64,000 nucleotides of DNA from an uncultured Clostridia bacterium (GTDB lineage: Bacteria; Bacillota; Clostridia; TANB77; CAG-508), in NCBI GenBank assembly GCA_944386165.1, contig CALXAA010000002.1, forward strand, positions 32,695 through 96,694, read 5' to 3'. Shown piece after piece: positions 32,304-47,135 of this stretch; within the stretch, counting starts at the first letter, position 1, and each line of letters begins with the position of its first letter. The notes below the pieces were generated by a model that saw nothing but the letters and a program-made list of their open reading frames with translations, made no database searches and was not told the origin of the DNA. The position numbers and the translations under genes were made by a program.

Positions 32304-33083
32304 TTATCCAAGTGCTATATCTAATATCATCATAATTACAAATCCTATGCTTACACCAATTACTCCAAGATTTGAATGTTCTCCAGATTGAGCATCTGGT
32401 ATTAGTTCTTCTACAACTACATATATCATTGCACCTGCTGCAAAAGATAATAAGTATGGCAATATTGGTTCTATTGCACCTGTTAAGAAAATTGTTAGTA
32501 TTGCTCCTATTGGCTCTACTATGCCTGAAAGTGTACCATATAAAAATGCTTTTGGCTTTGAAATTCCTTCACTTTTTAATGGCATAGATATAATTGCTCC
32601 TTCTGGAAAGTTTTGTATTGCTATTCCTATTGCTAATGCAATTGTTCCTGCTAATGTAATTCCTGAATTTTCTACTAATACACCTGCAAATGTTACCCCA
32701 ACAGCCATTCCTTCTGGTATATTATGTAGTGTTACCGCAAATACCATCATTGTTAATTTTTTTAGTTTTGATTTTATTCCTTCTGGTTTATTACTTTTTA
32801 CATGTAAATGTGGTATAATACTATCTAAAACTAGCAAAAATGCTATTCCACATAAAAAACCAATACTTGCAGGAACCCATTCAATTAGTCCTTGTTCTTT
32901 TGCCATATCAGTTGATGGAATTAGTAATGACCATATTGAAGCTGCTATCATTACTCCTGATGCAAATCCTGAAAGGAATTTTTCAAGTTTGCTGTTCATT
33001 TTATTTTTCATAAAAAATACTGTTGCAGAACCTAATACTGTTCCTAAAAATGGTATTAATAATATTAAATATATTTTATCCAT
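32304..33083 (-). CDS. zupT: ZIP-family zinc transporter (ZupT-like)
   Basis: HNIPEGMAVG and QNFPEGAIISMPL metal-binding helices. Confidence 0.8.
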   Translation of the reverse strand: MDKIYLILLIPFLGTVLGSATVFFMKNKMNSKLEKFLSGFASGVMIAASIWSLLIPSTDMAKEQGLIEWVPASIGFLCGIAFLLVLDSIIPHLHVKSNKPEGIKSKLKKLTMMVFAVTLHNIPEGMAVGVTFAGVLVENSGITLAGTIALAIGIAIQNFPEGAIISMPLKSEGISKPKAFLYGTLSGIVEPIGAILTIFLTGAIEPILPYLLSFAAGAMIYVVVEELIPDAQSGEHSNLGVIGVSIGFVIMMILDIALG

Positions 33084-33098
33084 TGTTTCACTTCCCTT

Positions 33099-33938
33099 TT
33101 AGATTGATTGCCCTTCAGGTGAATTTGTTACTATTTCAATTGCTCCCATACCACCTTCAATTCTAATATTATTTTCTCCATTACCATATGTATTACCATC
33201 TTGTGCTTCATTGCCATCTATAGTAATACTTCCTAATCCTTTACTTGTTCTTATTTTGTAATTTTCTATATTATCTGTTAAGTTAATACTTAGTTTTCCA
33301 ATTCCTTGTTCTATAACATTATTTCCAATTAGTTTTGTTGTTAAATTTAATTCTCCAAGTCCCATTTCTAAATCTAAATTATGTAATTCTCCAGATATAA
33401 TATCTGCTTTTCCTGCGCCACCTTCAATTTCTGCTTTTTCAAATACTTCTAATTCATTAATTTGTACTTTTCCTGCTCCAATACTAAAGGTTAAATTATT
33501 AGTTTGTAGTTTATCAATATTTATTTCTCCAGCACCTGCTTCAATTTCTGTTCTTTCAAAAATTTTATTTTCTGGTATATAAATTGTTATATTGCTTGTT
33601 TCTTTTTTATTAAACCAATTGTTTTTTTCTTTGATTTCTATTTTGTTACCTTTTTTTTCAGTATAAATTTTTTCATTGTTACATTCAATTTTAAATGCAT
33701 CACCATTTTTTATTTCTAGTTTTGAATAATTTATTTCTATATCTAAATTTGTAATTTCTTCTATTGGGTAATTGTCTATTACTTCTTCAAAATTTTCTGT
33801 GTTTGTAATTGCTTCTTTTACATTAAAGAAAATACCTAATCCTGCAAATATTGTTAATATTATTCCTATTATATTAATTATTAAAAATATGGCAATAGCA
33901 ATTGCGATATATTTTATTATTTTTTGACCAGATGTCAT
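33099..33938 (-). CDS. DUF4097-type putative adhesin / LiaG-like membrane-anchored beta-helix protein
   Basis: N-terminal TM, then repeated GAG(E/K)..I blocks (EIEAGAGEINI, SIGAGKVQI, EIEGGAGKADI, EGGMGAIEI). Confidence 0.55.
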   Translation of the reverse strand: MTSGQKIIKYIAIAIAIFLIINIIGIILTIFAGLGIFFNVKEAITNTENFEEVIDNYPIEEITNLDIEINYSKLEIKNGDAFKIECNNEKIYTEKKGNKIEIKEKNNWFNKKETSNITIYIPENKIFERTEIEAGAGEINIDKLQTNNLTFSIGAGKVQINELEVFEKAEIEGGAGKADIISGELHNLDLEMGLGELNLTTKLIGNNVIEQGIGKLSINLTDNIENYKIRTSKGLGSITIDGNEAQDGNTYGNGENNIRIEGGMGAIEIVTNSPEGQSI

Positions 33939-34618
33939 TTTATACTAACACCTCCAAATAAACACATTGCATTTACATATATAGTTTTTGCATCTTTATT
34001 TTCTTCTACACCTTTTTTGGAATTTGAAACTCCTCCAAAAATTGATGTTGATTTAACTTTAACATTTATTCCTTCAGGTACAATTATTTCTATACTTCCA
34101 AATATTGAAGAACAGTTTATTATTTGATTTTCATTAATTATTGCTTTATATAAGCTACATGTAACTCCACCAAATACTGCAGTTAAGTCTGCTCCTTTAA
34201 AATCTTGATTTTCAAAATTTAAGTTTTGGCTTGAAAATGTTGCACAATATTCAGCATTTTTTCTATTTGGCTCTAATTTTTTTATTTCGTCATTAATTTT
34301 ACTGTTAAATCTGTCTTTAAGTATAATTGTTAAACCTATTACAACAAATACAGCTGGTATTGCTAACTTCCAAACTAGCTCAAAACTTAATACATTTTGA
34401 GCACATAGCAATAAAACTACTCCTACTAATATACCAATTATATTTCCTGTTTTATCTTTGCCATCTAAAAGATCAATAAAACATGGTATTATAATTATTA
34501 AAGTCCACCACCCATCGAAAAATATATTAATGTTGGTAATTTCAAGAGCATTCAATCCTAATATTAATCCAATCGCAATTAATAAAATTCCAAATATTAT
34601 ATTTTTTAGTTTTTTCAT
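33935..34618 (-). CDS. LiaF-like cell-wall-stress membrane protein
   Basis: Four N-terminal TM segments, C-terminal DUF2154-like repeats (IFGSIEIIVP, IFGGVSNS, LFGGVSIK); 4-nt overlap with the downstream gene. Confidence 0.55.
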   Translation of the reverse strand: MKKLKNIIFGILLIAIGLILGLNALEITNINIFFDGWWTLIIIIPCFIDLLDGKDKTGNIIGILVGVVLLLCAQNVLSFELVWKLAIPAVFVVIGLTIILKDRFNSKINDEIKKLEPNRKNAEYCATFSSQNLNFENQDFKGADLTAVFGGVTCSLYKAIINENQIINCSSIFGSIEIIVPEGINVKVKSTSIFGGVSNSKKGVEENKDAKTIYVNAMCLFGGVSIK

Positions 34619-34795
34619 AATTTCAATCCTTTCTTTTTATTATTTGCTTTATTTTATCATAAATCAACTTAATTGTATATGTTTTTTTACAATATTTACT
34701 TTTTAATTTTTTTAAATTTTCATATTGACTTTTCTTAATGATTTTGATATCATTTTTATTAGTTAATATTTAACTTTTTAAGGAGGAATATACAA

Positions 34796-35215
34796 ATGTC
34801 AAAAATTTTAAAATTTAGTTTTTTAATAGGATTTTTATTTATTTTATTATCATATTGTTCATATACTTATGCTGCAAGTGTAAATATGAATTTGAATACA
34901 ACTAGTACAGGAACCACACAAGATACAACAACAAGTAGTACTACTTCTACAAATAGAAACACAACTAGCACAACAGATGAAGATGATTCTAATGAATCAG
35001 GTTCTTCTAGTGTAGGTAGTTCATCTAACAACAATTCAAACTCTTCTAACAACTCTAGTGCAGAAAGTTCTTCAAGTAAAACTCAATTCACAACAGCTGT
35101 TAGTACTTCAACATTTGACTTACAATTAACTAATATTTTAAGTATTTGTCTTATTGTTGTTGGAGTTTTATTAATATTACTAGGTATAGCAATTTTAATT
35201 AGATTGAAAAGTTAA
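34796..35215 (+). CDS. Small secreted Ser/Thr/Asn-rich protein with C-terminal TM anchor
   Basis: Strong RBS AAGGAGGAA 7 nt upstream; signal peptide ending AYAASV; ~90 aa of S/T/N low complexity; C-terminal hydrophobic helix + RLKS tail. One of only two plus-strand genes in the window. Confidence 0.55.
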   Translation: MSKILKFSFLIGFLFILLSYCSYTYAASVNMNLNTTSTGTTQDTTTSSTTSTNRNTTSTTDEDDSNESGSSSVGSSSNNNSNSSNNSSAESSSSKTQFTTAVSTSTFDLQLTNILSICLIVVGVLLILLGIAILIRLKS

Positions 35216-35240
35216 AAAAAGTGGCTAGGCCACTTTTTTT
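35214..35240. terminator. Bidirectional intrinsic terminator AAAAAAAGTGGC-TAG-GCCACTTTTTTT
   Basis: 12-bp stem with A/T tracts on both sides, between convergent genes. Confidence 0.8.
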
Positions 35241-36298
35241 TATATTGCATTATTTTTTAAATCTTTTTTATACTGTTTAAATTCATTGATATTTTCAGCA
35301 GTATATCCTTTTAAAGAATCACTTGGCATTTTACTACATATTTTATCAAATACGCTCTCAAATTCTGGTGTAATATTTCCTTTAATATTTAAACATTGAA
35401 AATTAGTCTTACAATCTTTTAGATGTAATATAATATCACTTGAAACAGTTATCACACCATAATATTTTACTCTATGAGTATGAATCCATTTAATATCAGA
35501 AAATTTAACTGCACAAAATGAGCCATTTGTTGTATCCACAAAATAATCTTTTGTTATAATTACTTTGTCATTATAGAATTTTTCTTCTACATTATCATCT
35601 AATTGTGTTATTAAATCATCTTCATAACCATTTTTCTTTAAATATTTCATTATTCTTGTTCTTGTAATTTTATTTGCTATATGAACTATTATTGTTACAA
35701 AAATTACTATTACAGCAATTCCTATTGCGACTGTTTCTATTGTTAAATCAGATGGAGTTCTTCTTGCATTTAATAATACACTACCAAAATACAATTCAAA
35801 CTCATCCATACTTATTTGCTCTTCTTCTGGAATTCCTTCATTATATACAGAAATAACTATTTCTTTTAGTTCTGTTGGTATTTCTTCAGTTATTCCATAT
35901 ATTGTAACAGGTGCTGGTTTATTTTCTATATTTCCAAATGTATATTCTTGAATTTCTTTTAATTCTTCTAATCCAATACTATCCAAATTTACTATATACC
36001 AGTATCCATCACTAATTGCAATATAATATTTATCATTTTCATCTGAATATGTATTATCATTTGTTCCATAAGTAGCAATTACATCAGTTAATCCTTCTAC
36101 TTGCATGTATACATATTTTTCAGGTTCTAGTCCAATTGCACCATTTTGAGTAAAATCTGTTGCATTAGGTTTTTCATTTTCTAACTTATATCCTCCTATA
36201 AAAATAGAACCAATTATTATAATTATACAAATTAAATATATAATCCCAAAATGCTTAGGCATATGTTTTGCTTTTTTTAAAATTTCTTTTCCATTCAT
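35240..36298 (-). CDS. Hypothetical membrane protein (two TM segments)
   Basis: 352-aa ORF; hydrophobic segments at aa ~16-38 and ~185-207. Confidence 0.35.
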   Translation of the reverse strand: MNGKEILKKAKHMPKHFGIIYLICIIIIIGSIFIGGYKLENEKPNATDFTQNGAIGLEPEKYVYMQVEGLTDVIATYGTNDNTYSDENDKYYIAISDGYWYIVNLDSIGLEELKEIQEYTFGNIENKPAPVTIYGITEEIPTELKEIVISVYNEGIPEEEQISMDEFELYFGSVLLNARRTPSDLTIETVAIGIAVIVIFVTIIVHIANKITRTRIMKYLKKNGYEDDLITQLDDNVEEKFYNDKVIITKDYFVDTTNGSFCAVKFSDIKWIHTHRVKYYGVITVSSDIILHLKDCKTNFQCLNIKGNITPEFESVFDKICSKMPSDSLKGYTAENINEFKQYKKDLKNNAI

Positions 36299-36322
36299 AT
36301 CACAAATCCCCTTTTTATTTTT

Positions 36323-36580
36323 TTAAATCCATCTATATATAAATAATGCTATTGCTATTCCTACTATACTTGCCATATTAATATTAATAACAAAACCTAG
36401 TGTTAATTTTATAACATTTAAATCTAATACGAATGGTTCTGTTAGTCCAAATTGTCCACCATATGAAAGCCAACTTAACCAACTAACTTGTGATGCAAGT
36501 TGACCAATAAGCCCTCCTATAACAATTCCTGCACATACAAGTACAATTAAAACCCATGTATTTTTACTTTTTACTGCCAT
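36323..36580 (-). CDS. Small membrane protein (DUF4321-like)
   Basis: 85 aa, two TM helices. Confidence 0.4.
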   Translation of the reverse strand: MAVKSKNTWVLIVLVCAGIVIGGLIGQLASQVSWLSWLSYGGQFGLTEPFVLDLNVIKLTLGFVININMASIVGIAIALFIYRWI

Positions 36581-36634
36581 TTTTTTATTTTATACTATTT
36601 ATAGTATAATCTCCTTTCTTTTGTTCTTTTATAA

Positions 36635-37960
36635 CTATAATTGATTTTGTCCATAAGCTTCTTCAATATTTGCTGTATTTCCACCATATGTCATATAATA
36701 TGTATTTTGACCTGTTGCTGCATCATATTTTAAATAAACAGAATTTAATACAAATGAACTTATTCTGAGTTTTCCTTTAATATCCATCAAATTATACATT
36801 TTATCTTTTTCTACAACAACAAATCTTAAACTTGAAATTTCTACTGTTGGATAAGTATTTGCTGCTGTTGATGTTGCACATCCTACACCTGTAAATTCAA
36901 ATTCTGTGATTTGATTTCCTTCTACATCAAAAAATCCCCACATATCATTATATTTTACTGGAATCAAAGTATCTAGTAAAATATATTGATTATCTAATGC
37001 ATTTTGTGCATATGTAGTATTACTTACTCCGACTTGTTGATAGAAAGTATCTAATATAGTGTTTCCATTACTGTTTATTACTCCAAATAAATCATCATCT
37101 TTTACTAAATATAGCCCAAGTTGATAATCTATTACTGTAATATCATCATATGCAATATTTACTTTTGTTCTTCCTTCTTTTGTCATAATTCCATATTTAC
37201 CATTGCTTTGTACTAGAAAATCAGATGTATATGGAAGATATGAAATTGAATCATATTTTGTTTCTAAAATATAGTTTTTAGAAACTATATCAATAACACC
37301 AAATTTTTTTGGAGAACTTGATGTTTCAACTATCATCATTCCTTCTAATATAGCTGTTCTATCTCTAAATAGCTTTGGTATTTTCTCTACTCCTAAGCTT
37401 TGTGCATAATTATTAGTTAGGTAATCAGTTGTATATATCTCCAACAGATTTTTGTCAGCATTATAATTTAATGTAATATCAAATGCTTTTATTAACCCAT
37501 CTTCTGTTGTATATAATTGTCCGTCTTGTTCAAATACTTTTTCATCTAAAGTATATTCTTCATATACAGAATCTGCATCTCCTGATGATACTATTAGTGA
37601 ATCTGAATTTACAGTAAACATGGCTATTACTTCACCATTATCTATATAACATTTACTACTATCTTCAGATTTGTTTTTAAAATCTCCTGTATAGCCTGTA
37701 AATCCTAGATAACTTGCTACACTTTTTATAGGAAAATACATTTTTGTTTCTGTTCCATTTTGTTCAATTTCAATTAAATTTCTAAAGTCTGTATTAGAAA
37801 CTCCATTGACTTTTACTTTGAATAATGAACTTTGTATATATACTATTAGACCTACAACTACAGATGTTAGAATTATAAGTAATATGATCATTAGCCCTAT
37901 TAAAATTGGCGATTTTGATTTTTTCTTTTCTTCCTTTTTTTCTTCAAAATATAATTCCAT
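36635..37960 (-). CDS. Membrane-anchored WG-repeat (KWG-like) protein
   Basis: N-terminal TM, then repeated KYGIMTKEG / LFGVINSNG / MWGFFDVEG motifs. Confidence 0.5.
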   Translation of the reverse strand: MELYFEEKKEEKKKSKSPILIGLMIILLIILTSVVVGLIVYIQSSLFKVKVNGVSNTDFRNLIEIEQNGTETKMYFPIKSVASYLGFTGYTGDFKNKSEDSSKCYIDNGEVIAMFTVNSDSLIVSSGDADSVYEEYTLDEKVFEQDGQLYTTEDGLIKAFDITLNYNADKNLLEIYTTDYLTNNYAQSLGVEKIPKLFRDRTAILEGMMIVETSSSPKKFGVIDIVSKNYILETKYDSISYLPYTSDFLVQSNGKYGIMTKEGRTKVNIAYDDITVIDYQLGLYLVKDDDLFGVINSNGNTILDTFYQQVGVSNTTYAQNALDNQYILLDTLIPVKYNDMWGFFDVEGNQITEFEFTGVGCATSTAANTYPTVEISSLRFVVVEKDKMYNLMDIKGKLRISSFVLNSVYLKYDAATGQNTYYMTYGGNTANIEEAYGQNQL

Positions 37961-37978
37961 CTTGTATCCTCCTTTTCT

Positions 37979-40143
<2,165 letters not shown>

Positions 40144-40158
40144 TTTTTTTCGCCTCTT

Positions 40159-42477
40159 TTATTTTTTATTCTTCTTCAATTTTACTACAACTGCATCTTC
40201 ATTATCAAAAATAAATCCTGAATCAGTGGTATCTGTTTGAATTGGGTCTATTTCATTTCTGTCATCAACAAAATCTATATGTTTTGGATCAAATTTTGTT
40301 TTTCGTCTATTACCATTATCTTCGTCAATAACTCCTGATGTAAATTTTTCAAAATTATATACTTTTATTGGTTGAACTTCTTTGTATTTTGCTCCAACAA
40401 AGTCTAGTTTTCCTTCATTAATTTGATATGCTCCATTATCACCTTTTAATTTAATTGCAGCACTTTTAAATGGCATTGTTCCTAATTTATTTGCTGCCCA
40501 GTAGTCTTCATAAGTATAATTTACATCACCCCATTTAGAGTCATATTCAAGTTTACTCATATCCATACTGTTTTTCCACTTCCAAGTTCTTCTTTGATAC
40601 ATTTCTTTACGCCACCACTCTAATTCTGTATTATCCGCATTTCCTAAGAAAATTTTGTTTGCACAGTTTGAAATAATTGTTTCTCTATATTTCATATCTG
40701 GTGCATTTCCTTCTAGTTGCGATAAGTTTTGTGCTGTAATTGTTGTTGCAACTTTGTATTTTCTATATAAAGTAAATATTGCTTCTGTATCTTTACATAT
40801 GAAGTCTGGGAATTCATCTATATAAAAGAAATGTGGAATTCTACTTTTTTCATTTCCTGGCCTTCTTAATACTGCATTTTGCATTGATAATATGAAAAAC
40901 AATCCAAATGCTTTATGACTAGTTCTTCCTAAGTCTCCTCTACGAGTACATACAAATGTAACTTCTCCATTTGCTAAAACTTTGTCAAAATCAATATTAT
41001 TGTGTCTATTACATAGTATTGATTTTACCCCAGGTAATCTTAATAAATTATCTAATTGTGATACTGCTAGGTATAAGTATTGTTCTGTTAGTGCTTTTCC
41101 AACTCCATTTGCATAAAAGTTTCTTTTAAAATATGCTATTTGACTTTCATATTGTTCTGCAAGTTCTGGGTCTTGACACATAATTTCACACATTTTTTCT
41201 ACTAAACTATAATTTGTAAGCATTTTTAACATATCATCTAAATTTGGTAAATTACCACTATTTAAACGAGGGTACATTTCTTTTAACATTATTGCTAAAT
41301 TTTCAATAGCTTGAATTATAAATTCTTCTCTATAAACATCATCAATTTCTGGATGAGAATTTACATACATTGCTTTTAGTGCTGATGAAATTGTTATTGC
41401 AATTTTATTTGCGTCATCATATATAAATGGATTTAATCCTATTGAATCTCTATTAGATGGATCAATAATATTGTATTTAATATGAAAATTATCACATATT
41501 TCCATCATTTTTGATGTTGATTCATAATCTGGTGATATTGATGTTATTCCTAAATCTCTGTAAGAGTATTCATCACCAAGTGTAGATAATATCATTTTAT
41601 TCATATATGATTTATATATTGGCTCTTTTCCTGGAGCTGGTGTTAACATATTTAAAGAAAAGTTTTGATTTAAATAATCATTATTATAAGGCCTATTTAA
41701 AACTGCAATACCAGTTTTTAGAGCTGTATATCCCATTTCTTTGGCATTAGCCCAATAAAAAGCTTTCTTTTCTATGTCTTTTGCAACAAAAGGCTCTATA
41801 ATTAATGATGTTTTACCTGTTCCTGATCCACCACAAACAAGTAAAGATTGATATCTTTTTTGTTCACCAAATACTACTTTTTTTCCTGTTTCAGCATCAT
41901 TACATATTGTTATATCACATGTAAATGGTCCATGTCCTTGTTTTGTGTCTGATAAATTTATTCCTTTATAATCCCAAAGTGATCTTGTCCAGTCTTTACT
42001 ATCTCCAACACCTAAACGTATGAATTTTATTACACTATAAAATGTTACTAATGGGAAATATATTGCAAGAGATGTTAGTGCTGGTCTTATTAATTCAGAA
42101 AAGTTTGTAACTAGTTCAGTATAACCAGGTAATGAAATTAAAAGTAGCCAAATACCTTGATTTACCCATTGTGTTACCATTGAAATTGCAATAATATAAA
42201 GACCTATAACATATACATAAAATAATGTTACTTTAGTATTTTTTGATGATGCAAATTCTGATGCTCCTGAAAATAAATATGCAAATACAGGACATGCTAA
42301 TGCAAATGTATACATAAATGGTCCCCAATAAGACACAGAAACTCCTGTAAATATCATAATTAACATTTCAACTAATCTGTCTATTGCTAAATAAAATGAA
42401 ATTAATGTTAACACATATGTTACAAATGTATTTCTGCTTGCATTTAATTTCTTTAAAAATTTATCAAATAATTTCAT
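40159..42477 (-). CDS. Membrane-anchored P-loop ATPase resembling type IV coupling proteins (TraG/TraD/VirD4-like)
   Basis: ~150-aa N-terminal multi-TM region; Walker A LLVCGGSGTGKTS; Walker B HFFYIDEFPDF; TITAQNLSQLEG box typical of T4CP/FtsK-like ATPases. Confidence 0.5.
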   Translation of the reverse strand: MKLFDKFLKKLNASRNTFVTYVLTLISFYLAIDRLVEMLIMIFTGVSVSYWGPFMYTFALACPVFAYLFSGASEFASSKNTKVTLFYVYVIGLYIIAISMVTQWVNQGIWLLLISLPGYTELVTNFSELIRPALTSLAIYFPLVTFYSVIKFIRLGVGDSKDWTRSLWDYKGINLSDTKQGHGPFTCDITICNDAETGKKVVFGEQKRYQSLLVCGGSGTGKTSLIIEPFVAKDIEKKAFYWANAKEMGYTALKTGIAVLNRPYNNDYLNQNFSLNMLTPAPGKEPIYKSYMNKMILSTLGDEYSYRDLGITSISPDYESTSKMMEICDNFHIKYNIIDPSNRDSIGLNPFIYDDANKIAITISSALKAMYVNSHPEIDDVYREEFIIQAIENLAIMLKEMYPRLNSGNLPNLDDMLKMLTNYSLVEKMCEIMCQDPELAEQYESQIAYFKRNFYANGVGKALTEQYLYLAVSQLDNLLRLPGVKSILCNRHNNIDFDKVLANGEVTFVCTRRGDLGRTSHKAFGLFFILSMQNAVLRRPGNEKSRIPHFFYIDEFPDFICKDTEAIFTLYRKYKVATTITAQNLSQLEGNAPDMKYRETIISNCANKIFLGNADNTELEWWRKEMYQRRTWKWKNSMDMSKLEYDSKWGDVNYTYEDYWAANKLGTMPFKSAAIKLKGDNGAYQINEGKLDFVGAKYKEVQPIKVYNFEKFTSGVIDEDNGNRRKTKFDPKHIDFVDDRNEIDPIQTDTTDSGFIFDNEDAVVVKLKKNKK

Positions 42478-42580
42478 GCTTTTTTCCTTTCATTTTCTAT
42501 TTTATATTTAAATAAATAAATTCTTTTCCTACATTTATATTATCCTACAAAATAGTGAAAATTTCAAGTTTTTTTTAAAA

Positions 42581-43432
42581 TTAAATTATAATTTCTAAAA
42601 CTATTCCAGATATCACTCCAATTGCATATAATAAGCCTACTATCTTTAAGTTTTCCTTCAAATTTTTATTTATTTTAAATAACACTAATAAGCCTACACC
42701 TGCATTAACACAAAGTCCAGAAATTAATATTGGCATTGAAATTACATTTTCTACAAATAGTTGTGTTAAAATTACAGAAGATGCACAATTTGGAACTAAT
42801 CCAATAATTCCTGCTATTATTGGTCCTAATATGACATTTTGACTTACAAAATTAGATATGGTATCTTCTCCTATTAATTCTATTATTCCATTTAAAACAA
42901 GTGTAAATATAAAGACATAAATGAAAATATTTATAGTATGTTTTAATGCTGATTTTACAATTCCATTTTCACAATGACAATGTTCATGTTCACAAATATC
43001 TACTATTTTTTCTTCTAATTTATTTTTATTTAATTTTCTTGCAATAAAATCAATTATAAATCCTGCAACAATTCCTATTACTAATTTTATTCCTAATATT
43101 GTTAAAATTGTAACAATTGAAATATTTTCAGAAATTAAAATCGGTAGCATTTCATCAGATGTTGTTAAATAAACTGAAATCAGTGTTCCTAAAGTTATTA
43201 CTCTTGCTGCATATAAATTAGTTGCAGAAACAGAAAATCCACATTGGGGAACTATTCCTACTAGTCCCCCAAGTAATGGACCTAATTTTCCTGACTTTTG
43301 TATAGCATTTCTTACTTTATTGCTTGTTTTGTGTTCAATATATTCCATTAATAAATATGTTAAAAATAAAAATGGTACTAATTTAATACTATCTATTACT
43401 GTATGTTCAATTATTTCAAATAATTCGTGCAT
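42581..43432 (-). CDS. Two-repeat permease with conserved Cys motifs (DUF318/ArsP-like)
   Basis: Internal duplication with VPQCGFS and VPNCASS; cytosolic HEHCHCENG cluster between halves. Confidence 0.45.
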   Translation of the reverse strand: MHELFEIIEHTVIDSIKLVPFLFLTYLLMEYIEHKTSNKVRNAIQKSGKLGPLLGGLVGIVPQCGFSVSATNLYAARVITLGTLISVYLTTSDEMLPILISENISIVTILTILGIKLVIGIVAGFIIDFIARKLNKNKLEEKIVDICEHEHCHCENGIVKSALKHTINIFIYVFIFTLVLNGIIELIGEDTISNFVSQNVILGPIIAGIIGLVPNCASSVILTQLFVENVISMPILISGLCVNAGVGLLVLFKINKNLKENLKIVGLLYAIGVISGIVLEIII

Positions 43433-43446
43433 AAAAATCCCTTTCT

Positions 43447-45818
<2,372 letters not shown>

Positions 45819-45879
45819 TTATTTCTATCATTCCCTTCAAACTTTTACCATATAATTTTATTACAAAATTTGCTCTATG

Positions 45880-47088
45880 TCAATATTTAAGCATTAAATC
45901 TGCAAAAACTGCATATCCCACTTGTGGGTTATTTACTAACACATGTGTAATTGCTCCAATAAATTTCCCGTTTTGAATAATTGGAGAACCACTCATCCCT
46001 TGAACAATACCACCTGTTTTTGATATTAAATCTTTATCAGTAATTTTTATAACCATGCTTTTATTGTCATAATTATTATTTAAATAAATTTTATCTATTT
46101 CTAAATTATATTCTTTTACTTCACCATCAATTGCACTTAAACATGTTGCTGGTCCTAACTCTATTTCTCCTCTAGATGCTACTTTCATTTTTTTACTATA
46201 ATCTAAATTCAAATTATTTAAATCTTTTATTATACCAAATACACCAAATTTTGTGTTATTATAAATATTACCAATTACTAAATTGTTATTTATAGAACCT
46301 TCTATTCTACCTGGCTCATTGGTTTCACCTTTTATAATTGATAAAATTTGAACACCATCAATTTCTCCTGAAGATGTACTTATTATTTCACCTGTATCTA
46401 TATCTGTTATTGCATGACCAAGAGCGGCAAAACATTTAGTATCTTCATTATAAAAGGTCAAAGTACCAACACCTGCTGCACTATCTCTAACCCATAATCC
46501 AAGTTTATACAGATTTTCCATATTTTTTACTGGCTTAATTTTAGCAATCTTTTGATTATTTTTATGAATAAATTTAATTTCAATTTCATTTCCACCAGAT
46601 TCGTTTACTTCTGATATTAGTTCATCTGCTGTATTTACAGATTTTCCATTAATTTCAATTATGGAATCTCCCTCTTGTATTCCTGTATTTTCAAAAGGTT
46701 TGTATATATTTCCATCAATTCCTTCAATTGAAGATGTTCCTACAACTAGCACTCCACTTGTATAAAGTTTTATTCCAACTATGTCACCAGATGGTATTAC
46801 TTCAACATCTTCTAATACTTGAACATTTATAGTTTTAAGTTTTATTTTTTCAAACAAACTTACTTCTAATTTTTCTTCTCCTACATTCTCAAATGTGCTT
46901 GAATTTAAATTACTGGTAGTTTGTATACTTTCATCTTCTTTTTTTATATTTATTCCCCATAATGTTGGAATGTTAATTTCTTCACCTTGAAATATTGCTA
47001 TATTTTGTGGAATATTGTCAATAGAAACAATATAAGTATATATAAAAAATAATACAAATAACAAAACAATTTTCTTAAAGTATTTCAT
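45880..47088 (-). CDS. spoIVB: Sporulation serine peptidase SpoIVB (PDZ + S55 peptidase)
   Basis: N-terminal signal/TM, PDZ region, C-terminal GIVQGMSGSPIIQNGKFIGAITHV catalytic-serine motif. Confidence 0.85.
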   Translation of the reverse strand: MKYFKKIVLLFVLFFIYTYIVSIDNIPQNIAIFQGEEINIPTLWGINIKKEDESIQTTSNLNSSTFENVGEEKLEVSLFEKIKLKTINVQVLEDVEVIPSGDIVGIKLYTSGVLVVGTSSIEGIDGNIYKPFENTGIQEGDSIIEINGKSVNTADELISEVNESGGNEIEIKFIHKNNQKIAKIKPVKNMENLYKLGLWVRDSAAGVGTLTFYNEDTKCFAALGHAITDIDTGEIISTSSGEIDGVQILSIIKGETNEPGRIEGSINNNLVIGNIYNNTKFGVFGIIKDLNNLNLDYSKKMKVASRGEIELGPATCLSAIDGEVKEYNLEIDKIYLNNNYDNKSMVIKITDKDLISKTGGIVQGMSGSPIIQNGKFIGAITHVLVNNPQVGYAVFADLMLKY

Positions 47089-47135
47089 CTTAACTCCTTT
47101 TCTAATTTGTTTTATTATTTGTACTATATATTATT

